This document shows positions 38,346 through 47,680 of a stretch of DNA of 55,788 nt, in pieces (positions within the stretch are counted from its first letter, which is position 1; every line of letters starts with the position of its first letter). Location: positions 1 through 55,788 of the IMG/VR virus record IMGVR_UViG_3300035494_000076. The stretch is one strand, 5' to 3'. Source of the stretch: a virus (lineage: Duplodnaviria > Caudoviricetes). The position numbers and the translations under genes are program-made. The notes beneath the pieces are model-generated. The model had not been told where the DNA came from, did not search any database, and was given only the letters and a program-made list of their open reading frames with translations.

Positions 38346-38581
38346 ACCTTTGTATTGCCACATATGTTGATGACGTTTTACAAAACAAAATGAAATTATA
38401 TAAGACAAGGTTTTCGGTCAAGAGTGTCAATGACTATGCAACCCGTAATGGGATTGATTTTATTAAGTCTTTTGGTGAGTTCGGTTGTCATGTTTATTCT
38501 GATGGAACAATGTATATACCAAACAATCAAAAACACATTGACACCGCAAAAGAAATATGTAAAACTATGAAGAATTTATAG
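38342..38581 (+). CDS. Small hypothetical protein (ends TMKNL)
   Basis: GTGA-coupled to the primase gene. Confidence 0.6.
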   Translation: MNLCIATYVDDVLQNKMKLYKTRFSVKSVNDYATRNGIDFIKSFGEFGCHVYSDGTMYIPNNQKHIDTAKEICKTMKNL

Positions 38582-38596
38582 AAGGGAGAATAACCA

Positions 38597-39916
38597 TTGA
38601 GTGAAGAAATTATTGACAAGAAGCAAAAACTATTGATTGAATACCTAGTATCATCACCATCAATTTTTGCTAAGTGTTACAGTATCACCAAGCCAGAATA
38701 CTATGATGCACCACTTGATAGAGTGGTCGAGTTTATCCTAGACTTCTTTATGAAGCATGGTGGAATTCCTAAGCTTGATGTTATTGATGCTGAAACTGGT
38801 GTAGCCTTAAAAGAACAGTCCATTGATATTCCATCTGATATGGAATATTTCTTAGAGGAATATGAATCATTCTGTAAAGATTCTGCAATGGCTAAGGCAA
38901 TCTTAGCTGGGGTTGATCTAGTAAATGAAGGCAAATCCAATCAAGTAGAAGCCTTAGTGAGAGAAGCCATGCTTGTTAAACTTGATAAGCATATTGGTCT
39001 TGATATTTTTAAGGATGTTAAAGATCGTATTGACACAATGGATGATAATGTTGTAAACTACTCAACAGGTTCAAAATCTATTGATGAACTTATTGGTAAT
39101 GTTCGTAAGGGTGAGTTGATTGTTACCACGGCTGTTTCCTCTGGTGGCAAGTCATTGCATTTAGGTAATATGTCGATTGCTTTATCACAGCAAGGGCTTG
39201 ATGTGGCTGTTATCTCTTTAGAGTTGAATGAACAGTTATATGCCAAGCGTATGGATGCCATGATAACAGGGATTGCCATTGCTGACCACAAGAAGTCTGC
39301 TAATGATATTGATGCCATAATGCAACAAAAGCGTAAGGAAATGGCTAATATTACCATTAAGCAGTTACCACCAGGTTCAACAGCCTCTGATATTCGTGCA
39401 TACTTATTAGAATATTCTTTAGAATTTAAGAAGTATCCAGACGTTTTAGTCATTGACTATATAGGAATCATGGGTTATAATACAAAAAGTTCAAATAAGT
39501 TTGACCAAGACGAAGAAAAGGCTATCGCATTAAGACAGATTGCTGTAGAATATGATATGATTGTATTAACAGCCCAACAACTTAATCGTGAAGCGGCTAA
39601 TGTTGTTGATGTGACTTATGCACACTTGGCGGGGGGTTTGTCATTGGCAAACAATTCTGATGCCTTGATTGCCATTGTGCAATCTGAACAGGACATTGAG
39701 AATAACCAAGTACAAGTAAGAGGATTAAAGCTTAGAAACTCACCTAAGACGACTAAGCCAATCATCTTATATAGATGCCCAAAGACCTTACGGTTTAGTG
39801 ATTCACCAAACGCAGGTAACATCACCGTAACAACTAAACCACCTTTTGTTAAGGATAAACATAAAGACGAATCAAAAGGTCAATCAAAATTAAAAAAAGC
39901 TTTACAACGTAGATAG
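38597..39916 (+). CDS. gp41: Replicative DnaB-like helicase (gp41-like)
   Basis: SSGGKS, ISLEL, IDYIG, TAQQLNR and KLRN motifs. Confidence 0.93.
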   Translation: MSEEIIDKKQKLLIEYLVSSPSIFAKCYSITKPEYYDAPLDRVVEFILDFFMKHGGIPKLDVIDAETGVALKEQSIDIPSDMEYFLEEYESFCKDSAMAKAILAGVDLVNEGKSNQVEALVREAMLVKLDKHIGLDIFKDVKDRIDTMDDNVVNYSTGSKSIDELIGNVRKGELIVTTAVSSGGKSLHLGNMSIALSQQGLDVAVISLELNEQLYAKRMDAMITGIAIADHKKSANDIDAIMQQKRKEMANITIKQLPPGSTASDIRAYLLEYSLEFKKYPDVLVIDYIGIMGYNTKSSNKFDQDEEKAIALRQIAVEYDMIVLTAQQLNREAANVVDVTYAHLAGGLSLANNSDALIAIVQSEQDIENNQVQVRGLKLRNSPKTTKPIILYRCPKTLRFSDSPNAGNITVTTKPPFVKDKHKDESKGQSKLKKALQRR

Positions 39917-39924
39917 AAAGGAGT

Positions 39925-40665
39925 ATGACAATGGATATTAAGTTAACAAAGGCATTATTAACAGAGTTAAGTTCTGTTGGAATCTCACAAATGATTGTTG
40001 ACCCTGTTGAAGGTGGTACACAATTTCGTGGGACTAATGATAACCGTTCATTGATTTTGTTTGATACGATTAGAGAAGAACTAACCACCAGTCCCATCGG
40101 CATTAAGTCAATCAATGCCCTTTTATCTCGAATCAATTTGTTTGATGAAGATAAGGCTAAGATTGAGTTGATTGATACAGACGAAGGGTTCTGTCGTGAT
40201 ATTATTGTTAAGCATGGGCGTAAGCGTGTTACATATCGTTGCCACGAACCAAGCCCAAAATACATTCAAGCACCAAAACATATCCCAGGTAACTTTACAA
40301 TTACCGCAGAAAATGCTATAATGTTTAACAAGGACTATGTTTCTTACTTATCAACTGCCATCTCAGCAATGGCATATACAGGTGATAAAGAAGAACGTTC
40401 GATTAAAGTGACAGCCAATGAAGGTGTTGTTACGGTAAGCATCTTTGACGGAAGTGATGATTCATTCGTTGATGTTGTTGAAGGATTTGATGAAAATCTA
40501 AAACTTGAGGGGGTATTTGATGTTGCGTCATTCAGTCGAGTTATGAAACAATCGGTGAACAGTCCGTCCAATGATGGGTTTGCGGTGTTCACCATCAGCG
40601 AACAGGGTGTTGGTGTGTTCCGACTAGAATATATGGATATTCTTGTTCATCCATCAGTTAGCTAG
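39925..40665 (+). CDS. gp45: Sliding clamp (gp45-like)
   Basis: Size about 246 aa, beta/alpha pattern, position among replisome genes. Confidence 0.6.
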   Translation: MTMDIKLTKALLTELSSVGISQMIVDPVEGGTQFRGTNDNRSLILFDTIREELTTSPIGIKSINALLSRINLFDEDKAKIELIDTDEGFCRDIIVKHGRKRVTYRCHEPSPKYIQAPKHIPGNFTITAENAIMFNKDYVSYLSTAISAMAYTGDKEERSIKVTANEGVVTVSIFDGSDDSFVDVVEGFDENLKLEGVFDVASFSRVMKQSVNSPSNDGFAVFTISEQGVGVFRLEYMDILVHPSVS

Positions 40666-40713
40666 TAAATAAACAATCAAACAATTTTATAACCAAAAAG
40701 AGAGGTATTAATT

Positions 40714-41766
40714 ATGGGTATTCTATCAAGCCTAAAGAAAAGCAAAAACTCATTGTTGGATCAAGTTAAAAAACTTCAGAGTCAAGGACATGAACAAGAC
40801 AAGCGATACTTAAATTACTACGACCTAAAGGACAATGAATCAATGAAGATTCTTATTCTTCCTGATACGAATGGTGACTTGTTTGTTAAGTATAAGAAGC
40901 ACGGACCAAACCTTCACTACATTGATGCTAAAGGTCAACGTCAAGGTATTCGTGGACTTCCGTCAATAGGCGTATATCCGAATGATTCAGAATCGCCTGT
41001 TATGCAGAAAGGTTATGACTTACTGCAACTTCACAAAGATACAGGCGAGGCTTATTATAAAGAAGAAGCTAAGAAGTGGTTTGCTAAAGAATATACTGTA
41101 ATGTCTTGTATTGTTCTTGACTCACCATTTGAAGTGAATCACTCACCTGATGGGAATGATGTTAAGTTAGTCAATGTTCCATACAAAGTTGAACAATACA
41201 TCATCAACCAAATCATGGATGAAGTAATCAGTGAAGAAGAACTATTTACAACACCGTTTATTCTTAAAAAGTCTAAGAACACTGGTGGTTGGACTTCTTA
41301 CGAAACATCGTACTTTGCTCGTAAGGCATTAAATGTAGACGAGATGAATGATATTGAAGAAGCAATGAATATTACCTTGTTTGACTACAAGGTCATTGAT
41401 ATTGTTCCTCCTACACCGACCATTGATGAATTGGAAGAATGGTTGGCTAAGGCTGAAGCGGCATACGAAAAGGCAACATCAGGTGGTGGCAATACTGATG
41501 ATTCTTCGGATGAGGATGAAGAAATTCCAGTTAAGAAAACAGCAGGGACTTCTTTGAAAGACCGAATCAAGAAAGCACCAGTGAAGGTTGAAGAAGAGGA
41601 AGAAGACGATATTCCTTGGAATGATGAACCCCCCGCTAAACCAAAGAAGGTAGCAAAGGTTGAAGATAAGGAACCAGAAGAAGTTGATGATGAACGGGAG
41701 AAAGAAGAAGCACCTGTTAAGAAATCAGCACTCGCTGAACGTCTAGCCAAGCTTCGTTCGAAATAA
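40714..41766 (+). CDS. gp32: Single-stranded DNA-binding protein (gp32-like)
   Basis: ILILPD and KK...GWTSYETSYF motifs; acidic tail. Confidence 0.8.
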   Translation: MGILSSLKKSKNSLLDQVKKLQSQGHEQDKRYLNYYDLKDNESMKILILPDTNGDLFVKYKKHGPNLHYIDAKGQRQGIRGLPSIGVYPNDSESPVMQKGYDLLQLHKDTGEAYYKEEAKKWFAKEYTVMSCIVLDSPFEVNHSPDGNDVKLVNVPYKVEQYIINQIMDEVISEEELFTTPFILKKSKNTGGWTSYETSYFARKALNVDEMNDIEEAMNITLFDYKVIDIVPPTPTIDELEEWLAKAEAAYEKATSGGGNTDDSSDEDEEIPVKKTAGTSLKDRIKKAPVKVEEEEEDDIPWNDEPPAKPKKVAKVEDKEPEEVDDEREKEEAPVKKSALAERLAKLRSK

Positions 41767-41775
41767 ACCAACAAC

Positions 41776-41795
41776 AAGCCCCTTTCGGGGCTTTT
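41776..41795 (+). terminator. Intrinsic terminator
   Basis: AAGCCCC-TTTC-GGGGCTTTT. Confidence 0.85.
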
Positions 41796-41844
41796 CTTTG
41801 TGCATAAATATTTCCACACACTAACTCATAAAGGAAATATATAA

Positions 41845-42402
41845 ATGAATGCACTGGTGAATTCTTTCAATGCCATGTCTTCTCGTTCAAAACTATCTGA
41901 TAGGTTCTATGTCAAATTCTTAGGATTGCCTGAGAACTATTCCAACGTCTTAGGCCGACAAATCCGTTCATTCAACAGGCCAAACATCACGTTTGATGAA
42001 ACAGAAGTCAAAAAACGTGGATTCCAGTTTAAGGAAAAAGGTTACGTGAGGTTTAATCCAATCAGCATTGTATTTTGGGATGACGAGGGGTCTATGGTAT
42101 CCTCAATCCTATATGCACAAGTTATGCGTCAGCTTAATAAGTATGTTGATTGTTTTGGTAGAGAACCTGATACATCATCACCAGAACGTGACTATAGATT
42201 TGATATTCAGTATGATATACTAACACCAGATGACGTTGTGGTTGAATCTTTTATTTTAAGAAACTGTTTCTTGACTGAAATTAGCCATGACCCAATAACC
42301 ATTGATGATGATGGTGAAATGACCATCAGTGCAAGCTTTGCATATGATAACATTTCTGTTATGCTGTTTGACGAATTTGTTGACTTCTTAGATTCCAAAT
42401 AA
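41845..42402 (+). CDS. Tail tube/baseplate tube-like protein (gp19/gp54 fold)
   Basis: RFYVKF, RPNITF, F.PISIVFWDD, L.NCF and FAYD; CATAAATA late-like promoter. Confidence 0.75.
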   Translation: MNALVNSFNAMSSRSKLSDRFYVKFLGLPENYSNVLGRQIRSFNRPNITFDETEVKKRGFQFKEKGYVRFNPISIVFWDDEGSMVSSILYAQVMRQLNKYVDCFGREPDTSSPERDYRFDIQYDILTPDDVVVESFILRNCFLTEISHDPITIDDDGEMTISASFAYDNISVMLFDEFVDFLDSK

Positions 42403-42403
42403 A

Positions 42404-42847
42404 TTATCTAAATATTTCTTTTTCTGTCAAGATTCTAAATCCCCATCCACGCTCGGCGGCATATTTCTGTGCCGCTTCCCATTTCTGAAGATTGGTTATA
42501 TACGTTAAGGTTTGTTGATCGTGTGTTGACTGTTTTTGGTTCTTACCACGTTTAGGCTTGACGGTCTCGTGGTGTGGTTTAATCTCAACCACAACCGTTT
42601 TAGTATCACCATGTTTATCAATATAAGTCATTAACACATCAGGAAAATATCTTGACATTCTTCCCTTTACGGAAGACTCATAAGGTATCTGTAAAACCTC
42701 CGACCCCCATTTAACAACCTTTGGGTTCTTATCAAGATATTCGAAGAAGTATTTTTCCCAACTAGACCTGTAAGTAATCTTTCCTGTATTAAGGCACTTC
42801 TCAGGATTAGTTGGTTCAAAATATCCTTGACGGTAGTTTCTTGCCAT
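42404..42847 (-). CDS. gp4: Head completion nuclease (T4 gp4-like)
   Basis: YRSSWE, W.SE...IPY, RYFPD, VEIKP and KWEAA...F.ILTE motifs. Confidence 0.93.
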   Translation of the reverse strand: MARNYRQGYFEPTNPEKCLNTGKITYRSSWEKYFFEYLDKNPKVVKWGSEVLQIPYESSVKGRMSRYFPDVLMTYIDKHGDTKTVVVEIKPHHETVKPKRGKNQKQSTHDQQTLTYITNLQKWEAAQKYAAERGWGFRILTEKEIFR

Positions 42848-42852
42848 TTGTT

Positions 42853-43263
42853 TTACCTAGAAGGATTCCATGTCATCATTGGGCTTCTTTCTCTCCCTGA
42901 TGTGACAAATACATCTAAATCTGGGTCACGCTTATATTCTGCACTGTTAAACTTAAATCCATGATTGGTGTAATAGTTTATAAGTCTGTCCTGTACACTT
43001 CTATCTAAATCGCCCAAGTCAACATCTAGCCCAACGGGAAGTCCTTTAGATTGAGCAAACACCTTAATATCGTTCAAGACTTCAGCCCCAATACCTTTAG
43101 GGGTTTGTCTTTCTCGTTTAATATAACCAACGAGGATATGTCCTTTTGAGAAGTAAAGTTCAAGGTAAATCCCTTTACGTTTAGCTATATTCTCTAGTTC
43201 TTTCAGTTCCATTTTGATATTGACTGATTCTGTTATTGATTTTATTAAAGTAAGCTTATCCAT
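42853..43263 (-). CDS. GNAT acetyltransferase-like late protein
   Basis: KGIGAEVL motif A and LINYYTNHGF motif B; N-terminal LIKSITES. Confidence 0.7.
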   Translation of the reverse strand: MDKLTLIKSITESVNIKMELKELENIAKRKGIYLELYFSKGHILVGYIKRERQTPKGIGAEVLNDIKVFAQSKGLPVGLDVDLGDLDRSVQDRLINYYTNHGFKFNSAEYKRDPDLDVFVTSGRERSPMMTWNPSR

Positions 43264-43933
43264 TAATCTCATTCCCTATAACACTTTCATCGTTGTTTCC
43301 ATCGATAACATTTTGGGTTATCTTAGTGATTAGAATATCTTGTAGTTCTCTTGGGTAGTTTAAACGAATCGGCATAGAGAATGTCATATTCATTGACACG
43401 ACATCACGTTCAGTTCCTAGTGGGTATTGTATTTCATTTTGAATTGATTCCAATATCACTTCGGTTAAGAAATTTCCAGATGACATATTAGTATCAACTC
43501 TTATCGTCACTCTAGGGTTAAACACTAATAATATTTGTTCAACAATATTAAACAACTCAATCTTGGAACTTGCATATATCGAGAGTTCCATATCCATTAT
43601 AAAGGATGGTCCAATCAAACGGTTAACAACTTTTTGAGTGTCCGCTTTTGATATATTAACAACAGAATCAATATGGGTTCTTGCTCTTTTTCCTAGAGGG
43701 TCTAAGTTTATACCAGTCATATTGACTGCCATCATCGGGAGTCTGTTGTTTTGGTGAGTATCATTTTTTGATAGAATCCCTGCAACAATCCTAGACATAC
43801 TTCCATATACTACTGGAATTCTTGTCGGAGTTTCATCACCAGCATCGTATTGAAACCCTTTGAATATTCTAGCAAACTGTGAGATATATTTCTCAAATTG
43901 TCGTGTTTCTAAGTATGGGTATAGTTCCATCAT
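43256..43933 (-). CDS. gp15: Tail terminator/sheath stabiliser (gp15-like)
   Basis: QFARIF, IPVVYG, LPMMA and IVEQILLVFNP motifs. Confidence 0.85.
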   Translation of the reverse strand: MMELYPYLETRQFEKYISQFARIFKGFQYDAGDETPTRIPVVYGSMSRIVAGILSKNDTHQNNRLPMMAVNMTGINLDPLGKRARTHIDSVVNISKADTQKVVNRLIGPSFIMDMELSIYASSKIELFNIVEQILLVFNPRVTIRVDTNMSSGNFLTEVILESIQNEIQYPLGTERDVVSMNMTFSMPIRLNYPRELQDILITKITQNVIDGNNDESVIGNEING

Positions 43934-43964
43934 AATCCCTTGTTTGGTATAATTTCCATATACT

Positions 43965-43978
43965 GTATTTATAAATAC
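43965..43978. promoter_or_regulatory. Bidirectional late promoter
   Basis: Palindrome GTATTTATAAATAC gives TATAAATA on both strands between divergent virion genes. Confidence 0.8.
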
Positions 43979-43996
43979 CACATAGAGGATTAACAT

Positions 43997-44734
43997 ATGA
44001 ATTTTTTAGATTTATTAGAAAGCGCACCATCAAACGCTGGTTTTCTTGATATTAAAGAACTTATGCGTCTTTATTATGGAAGAATTGGTATTTTTGTTTC
44101 ATTTTCTGATTCAGAAGATTTGGAAGAAACTGGGCTTGAAAACAATGTGCTGGCTAGACCTTATGGTATCGTTGCCTATTCCATTGACACGGTGGTTGGG
44201 CGAAAGGTTAGTAGTGCTAAGTTTTATGCCCACGTCTTTAGAAACAAAAGACCGGATGGCTTCTTAAAAGACATTCGTGACTACAATAAAGAAGACTTCA
44301 AACAGGATATAGAAGCAGTAAGCCTTTTATCTTACATCGACGAAGGCGAAGTTGAAGGTGCATTGGCTGTTGTGAATAACACAATGAACATTCGATATGA
44401 GTTTCAACGATTCTGGGAAGTTGTTAAAGTTGTTTGTATGTCAGAAGGTAGATATGGAGATAAGTTGTGGAGAAGAATATTATTGGACTTAGGCTATAAA
44501 GGATTCAATGACCCTTCTGGGTTGGGTATTATGACTAAGAGAAGAACTGCTATAGCAATTTTTTTAGAAGAACGTCACCTAGACCTTTTTGATATTGTTC
44601 CTGTTCAGCGATACAGAAAGGACAGAAGACAACGTGTTATCAATGCAATCAATAAAAAGAACCGCCTTAGTCATGCTAGAAGAAATAGAATAGCAAAAGT
44701 TAAGACCAAAAAGACAAGGGAAAAAGATATATGA
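43997..44734 (+). CDS. Late hypothetical protein
   Basis: SD GAGG; N-terminal LLES; basic tail. Confidence 0.7.
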   Translation: MNFLDLLESAPSNAGFLDIKELMRLYYGRIGIFVSFSDSEDLEETGLENNVLARPYGIVAYSIDTVVGRKVSSAKFYAHVFRNKRPDGFLKDIRDYNKEDFKQDIEAVSLLSYIDEGEVEGALAVVNNTMNIRYEFQRFWEVVKVVCMSEGRYGDKLWRRILLDLGYKGFNDPSGLGIMTKRRTAIAIFLEERHLDLFDIVPVQRYRKDRRQRVINAINKKNRLSHARRNRIAKVKTKKTREKDI

Positions 44735-45414
44735 GAATGGGAAAGATTGGGGTCTACTCAGAAAAGACCCGAAAGCTTCAACGACGACTCACCTATGAGG
44801 CTTATGGACTTACCTTTAAGGAAGCAAAGTTTTACTTATACCTAGGCGATAAGGAAAGTGATGTTATTGATATTAATGACTTCTCAAATAAGGTTTTGTT
44901 TGAAGTAGCAGACAGAACATATTCAACCACTGGTATTTCTGTTCCCGTTGGCATGGAACAATATTCTGATAGTAAACAAGACTTCTCAAGATTCGGTTTA
45001 ATCAATCCTTTAACAGATGAAGTTAGGTTCTCCATTCATATTGATGATTTTGAGACATTGGGAAGACCTCTTGTTGTTGGTGATGTGTTTGAAATGCCAT
45101 TCTTTGAGAAAGATGGCAAGAAGGCATTTTATGAGGTCACAGACGTTGACTTCAAATTAGAAAAAGAAAAATTCATTTGCGTGTTTCATGCATCAACCCT
45201 AGAGTCATCAAGAAAATCTCGTGATATTGATTTGAATCGTGATAACTTTAACTTTATGGAAGACCTAAGTGAAGGTATGGACGAGAATTTCTCTGAAATC
45301 ATTAACACCGATGAAACAGAAACAGACTTTGAAAAAGAATCGGTCACGAAGAATGTTGACTATCGAAACAAACTACAATCAAGCTTTTTAGATGATCCAC
45401 TGAAGGAATTATAG
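44731..45414 (+). CDS. gp14: Neck/head-closure protein (gp14-like)
   Basis: FSRFGL, GR.LVVGDVFEMP and FYEVTDV motifs. Confidence 0.75.
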   Translation: MRMGKIGVYSEKTRKLQRRLTYEAYGLTFKEAKFYLYLGDKESDVIDINDFSNKVLFEVADRTYSTTGISVPVGMEQYSDSKQDFSRFGLINPLTDEVRFSIHIDDFETLGRPLVVGDVFEMPFFEKDGKKAFYEVTDVDFKLEKEKFICVFHASTLESSRKSRDIDLNRDNFNFMEDLSEGMDENFSEIINTDETETDFEKESVTKNVDYRNKLQSSFLDDPLKEL

Positions 45415-45415
45415 A

Positions 45416-46150
45416 ATGACATTTGACGAATTTAAGGATGACTTAGAATTGGCACTAGGTGGAAACCTAGTGTCAGTAGAGTTAGAAGAAAAAGAGTATG
45501 AATTTGCACTTAAACGCGCAATCAAGGTGTTTCAACAAAAAGGACACAACACATACAGAAGGAAGTTTCATGCCATTGAAACCGTGGAAGGTGTTCAGTC
45601 TTATGATATTCCAAACAATATCATGGATGGTATTAAGGTTATTCGGCCAAACACATCAGGGGAATTTTCGTCTGAGGACTTATTTGTTCGTAAGGCCATT
45701 GATGAACTTATTCCATCTTCATCAAGACTTGGTGGGTGTAATGGTATCCAGTTCCTCGAATATGAAATGGTTCTTCAAACCCTAGAGAAGTATAAGCGAT
45801 ATACCGCATATGATGTTGACTTTCAAATTGACAAGTTTCAGCATAAGGTTAAGTTCTTCAATCAGCCAAAACGTGATGGTGAGATTTGGTTTTTGGAATG
45901 CTACGAGAATTTAACAGATGAAGAATATATGGAAGTTGATTGGATTTTTAGATGGGCATTAACAGAGGCTAAGATTATATTAGGACAAGCTTATAGAAAG
46001 TTTTCAAGCCTTCCTAGTCCAGATGGTTCAACCACCTTATCAGGGTCTGAGATGATTAACGAAGCTAAAGAAGAACAAAGAATGCTGTTAGAGGAAATTA
46101 CAGAACTAACAGACGGTGCAATTGATTATTATGGTGTGTATGTAGGATAG
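45416..46150 (+). CDS. gp13: Neck/head-tail adaptor (gp13-like)
   Basis: LGGNLVSVEL, WI...AL..AK..LG..YRKF..LP and TLSG motifs. Confidence 0.88.
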   Translation: MTFDEFKDDLELALGGNLVSVELEEKEYEFALKRAIKVFQQKGHNTYRRKFHAIETVEGVQSYDIPNNIMDGIKVIRPNTSGEFSSEDLFVRKAIDELIPSSSRLGGCNGIQFLEYEMVLQTLEKYKRYTAYDVDFQIDKFQHKVKFFNQPKRDGEIWFLECYENLTDEEYMEVDWIFRWALTEAKIILGQAYRKFSSLPSPDGSTTLSGSEMINEAKEEQRMLLEEITELTDGAIDYYGVYVG

Positions 46151-46156
46151 ATACAT

Positions 46157-46183
46157 AAAAGCCCCGTGAGGGGCTTTATTTTT
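46157..46183. terminator. Bidirectional terminator between convergent blocks
   Basis: AAAAGCCCC-GTGA-GGGGCTTTATTTTT. Confidence 0.85.
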
Positions 46184-46625
46184 ATCCAATACCGACAACC
46201 GCTTCAACGTTTTCATGGTTTGCAAACAACCAACAAATAAGAGCGTGTTTATCCTCTGGTTTAACAGCAGAATAAGCATCAATCAAAATAATATATTTAT
46301 CATCGCATTCCAAATCGGTTTTGCAGAATGCACCGATAGACTTAAAATTCAACCACTGTCCATGATTTGATTTATGGCGCATTGCCATATCATTGCTTAG
46401 GGTTAAGCAAACCAATACAGTCTCGCTATCGTTGCGATGCAAATCCATATAATGCGATATAGCTGTAGTATGTCCGACACATCTACCAAAACTAAATGAG
46501 GTTAGGTATGTCGGCTCAACCTGATTAGGGTCTCTAAGCAATTTTAAGTTTTTCGATACTTCGACCATTTCTCCAATAGAATCTCGGATTTTATCACGAA
46601 GTGCAGTTTTTGCAAAATCAAACAT
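46182..46625 (-). CDS. Hypothetical protein with degenerate P-loop-like motifs
   Basis: GRCVGHTT and IILID; SD AGGAG. Confidence 0.55.
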   Translation of the reverse strand: MFDFAKTALRDKIRDSIGEMVEVSKNLKLLRDPNQVEPTYLTSFSFGRCVGHTTAISHYMDLHRNDSETVLVCLTLSNDMAMRHKSNHGQWLNFKSIGAFCKTDLECDDKYIILIDAYSAVKPEDKHALICWLFANHENVEAVVGIG

Positions 46626-46642
46626 ATTGTCTCCTTTTTCCC

Positions 46643-47134
46643 CTATAACCAAACTGCGAGAAGCTTGGTTCTGTTATTGTTTATAAGTGCGTGGTCAACC
46701 GTTGGGTCGAAAATTATACAATCGCCCTCTGTTAATGATGTCCATTTCTTAGAATGATGTAAGTAGACTTCACCAGTTACACCAAGGTCTCCGCTGACTT
46801 CCTTAGATACGTCCACGTTCATAACATAAAGTAAAACACGCTTTGCTCCAGTTCTTGAACTGAATGCTTCATCATCGTGAGGTGCAACTGATGCACTATC
46901 TAATATAATGTAGTTGACAAGCTTCACGACACTAGCTTTACCAATTATACCATATTCTGCGAACATATCCTTAAACTCACTTAGGATCTCTTTTCCATCA
47001 ATATCGTCATAGATATTATTTCTATCGTCATTCAGACTGTTAGTGACAGCTTCAGGAAAATGGAGATTAACTAATGAACTTAGTGTTTTTGCTTGGGATT
47101 TCCCTAGTTTTCCTTTTGTGTTTTTGGCTAACAT
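46643..47134 (-). CDS. 2OG-Fe(II) dioxygenase-like protein
   Basis: PHDD (HxD), GEVYL, GDCIIFD...DH and distal R. Confidence 0.7.
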   Translation of the reverse strand: MLAKNTKGKLGKSQAKTLSSLVNLHFPEAVTNSLNDDRNNIYDDIDGKEILSEFKDMFAEYGIIGKASVVKLVNYIILDSASVAPHDDEAFSSRTGAKRVLLYVMNVDVSKEVSGDLGVTGEVYLHHSKKWTSLTEGDCIIFDPTVDHALINNNRTKLLAVWL

Positions 47135-47135
47135 A

Positions 47136-47645
47136 TTAGTGGAATCCTCCAAAGTTATTTTCCATAAAGGCAATAAGGTCTTGTTTTTGTTTTGTTAACA
47201 TATTGTAGGTTGGGTTTGTTAAGAATGTTTTTGTTCCCATTAAACGAAATATTTCTTTGTCTAGTTGGTCTGAAATCTTGTATCCAATGGGTTTGCTCAT
47301 AACACCATACTCATCGCTGTATACCCATTTGGTTGATCCAAACTTAGTAAGAAACTCTTGAATGGGGTAGCTAAATGTTTCTGTTGGGAGTTTCATAATA
47401 ATCTCGTTATGCTCTTCATTAATGACGTATTGGTATTCTCTTTGTGATATTGATGAAGTGATTTCACAATTGTCCAAGTTTTCTGCAATGAAACATAAAT
47501 GCAACGAAGGCCGGCTTATGGATTCGAATTTTCTTTTGATTGCTCGTTCTAGCTTTCCTGCTGTTCCGTATGGATGACCATCCCAATGTGAATACAAGAT
47601 TACATCTGTATCGTTTTTGAAGTGGATTATTGAGTTTGTGGACAT
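47136..47645 (-). CDS. Early hypothetical protein (YxHxDGxP family)
   Basis: LYSHWDGHP and EYQYVI. Confidence 0.7.
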   Translation of the reverse strand: MSTNSIIHFKNDTDVILYSHWDGHPYGTAGKLERAIKRKFESISRPSLHLCFIAENLDNCEITSSISQREYQYVINEEHNEIIMKLPTETFSYPIQEFLTKFGSTKWVYSDEYGVMSKPIGYKISDQLDKEIFRLMGTKTFLTNPTYNMLTKQKQDLIAFMENNFGGFH

Positions 47646-47680
47646 TTGACTTCTCCTTTATGACTTGTTTAAGTTTGTTT

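Noticed and set aside
283-41819. Many antisense ORFs in the track (e.g. 1484-2068, 5391-5852, 12215-12529, 39058-39453, 41385-41819)
   Set aside because: They are shadows of well-supported opposite-strand genes, lacking SDs and recognisable motifs
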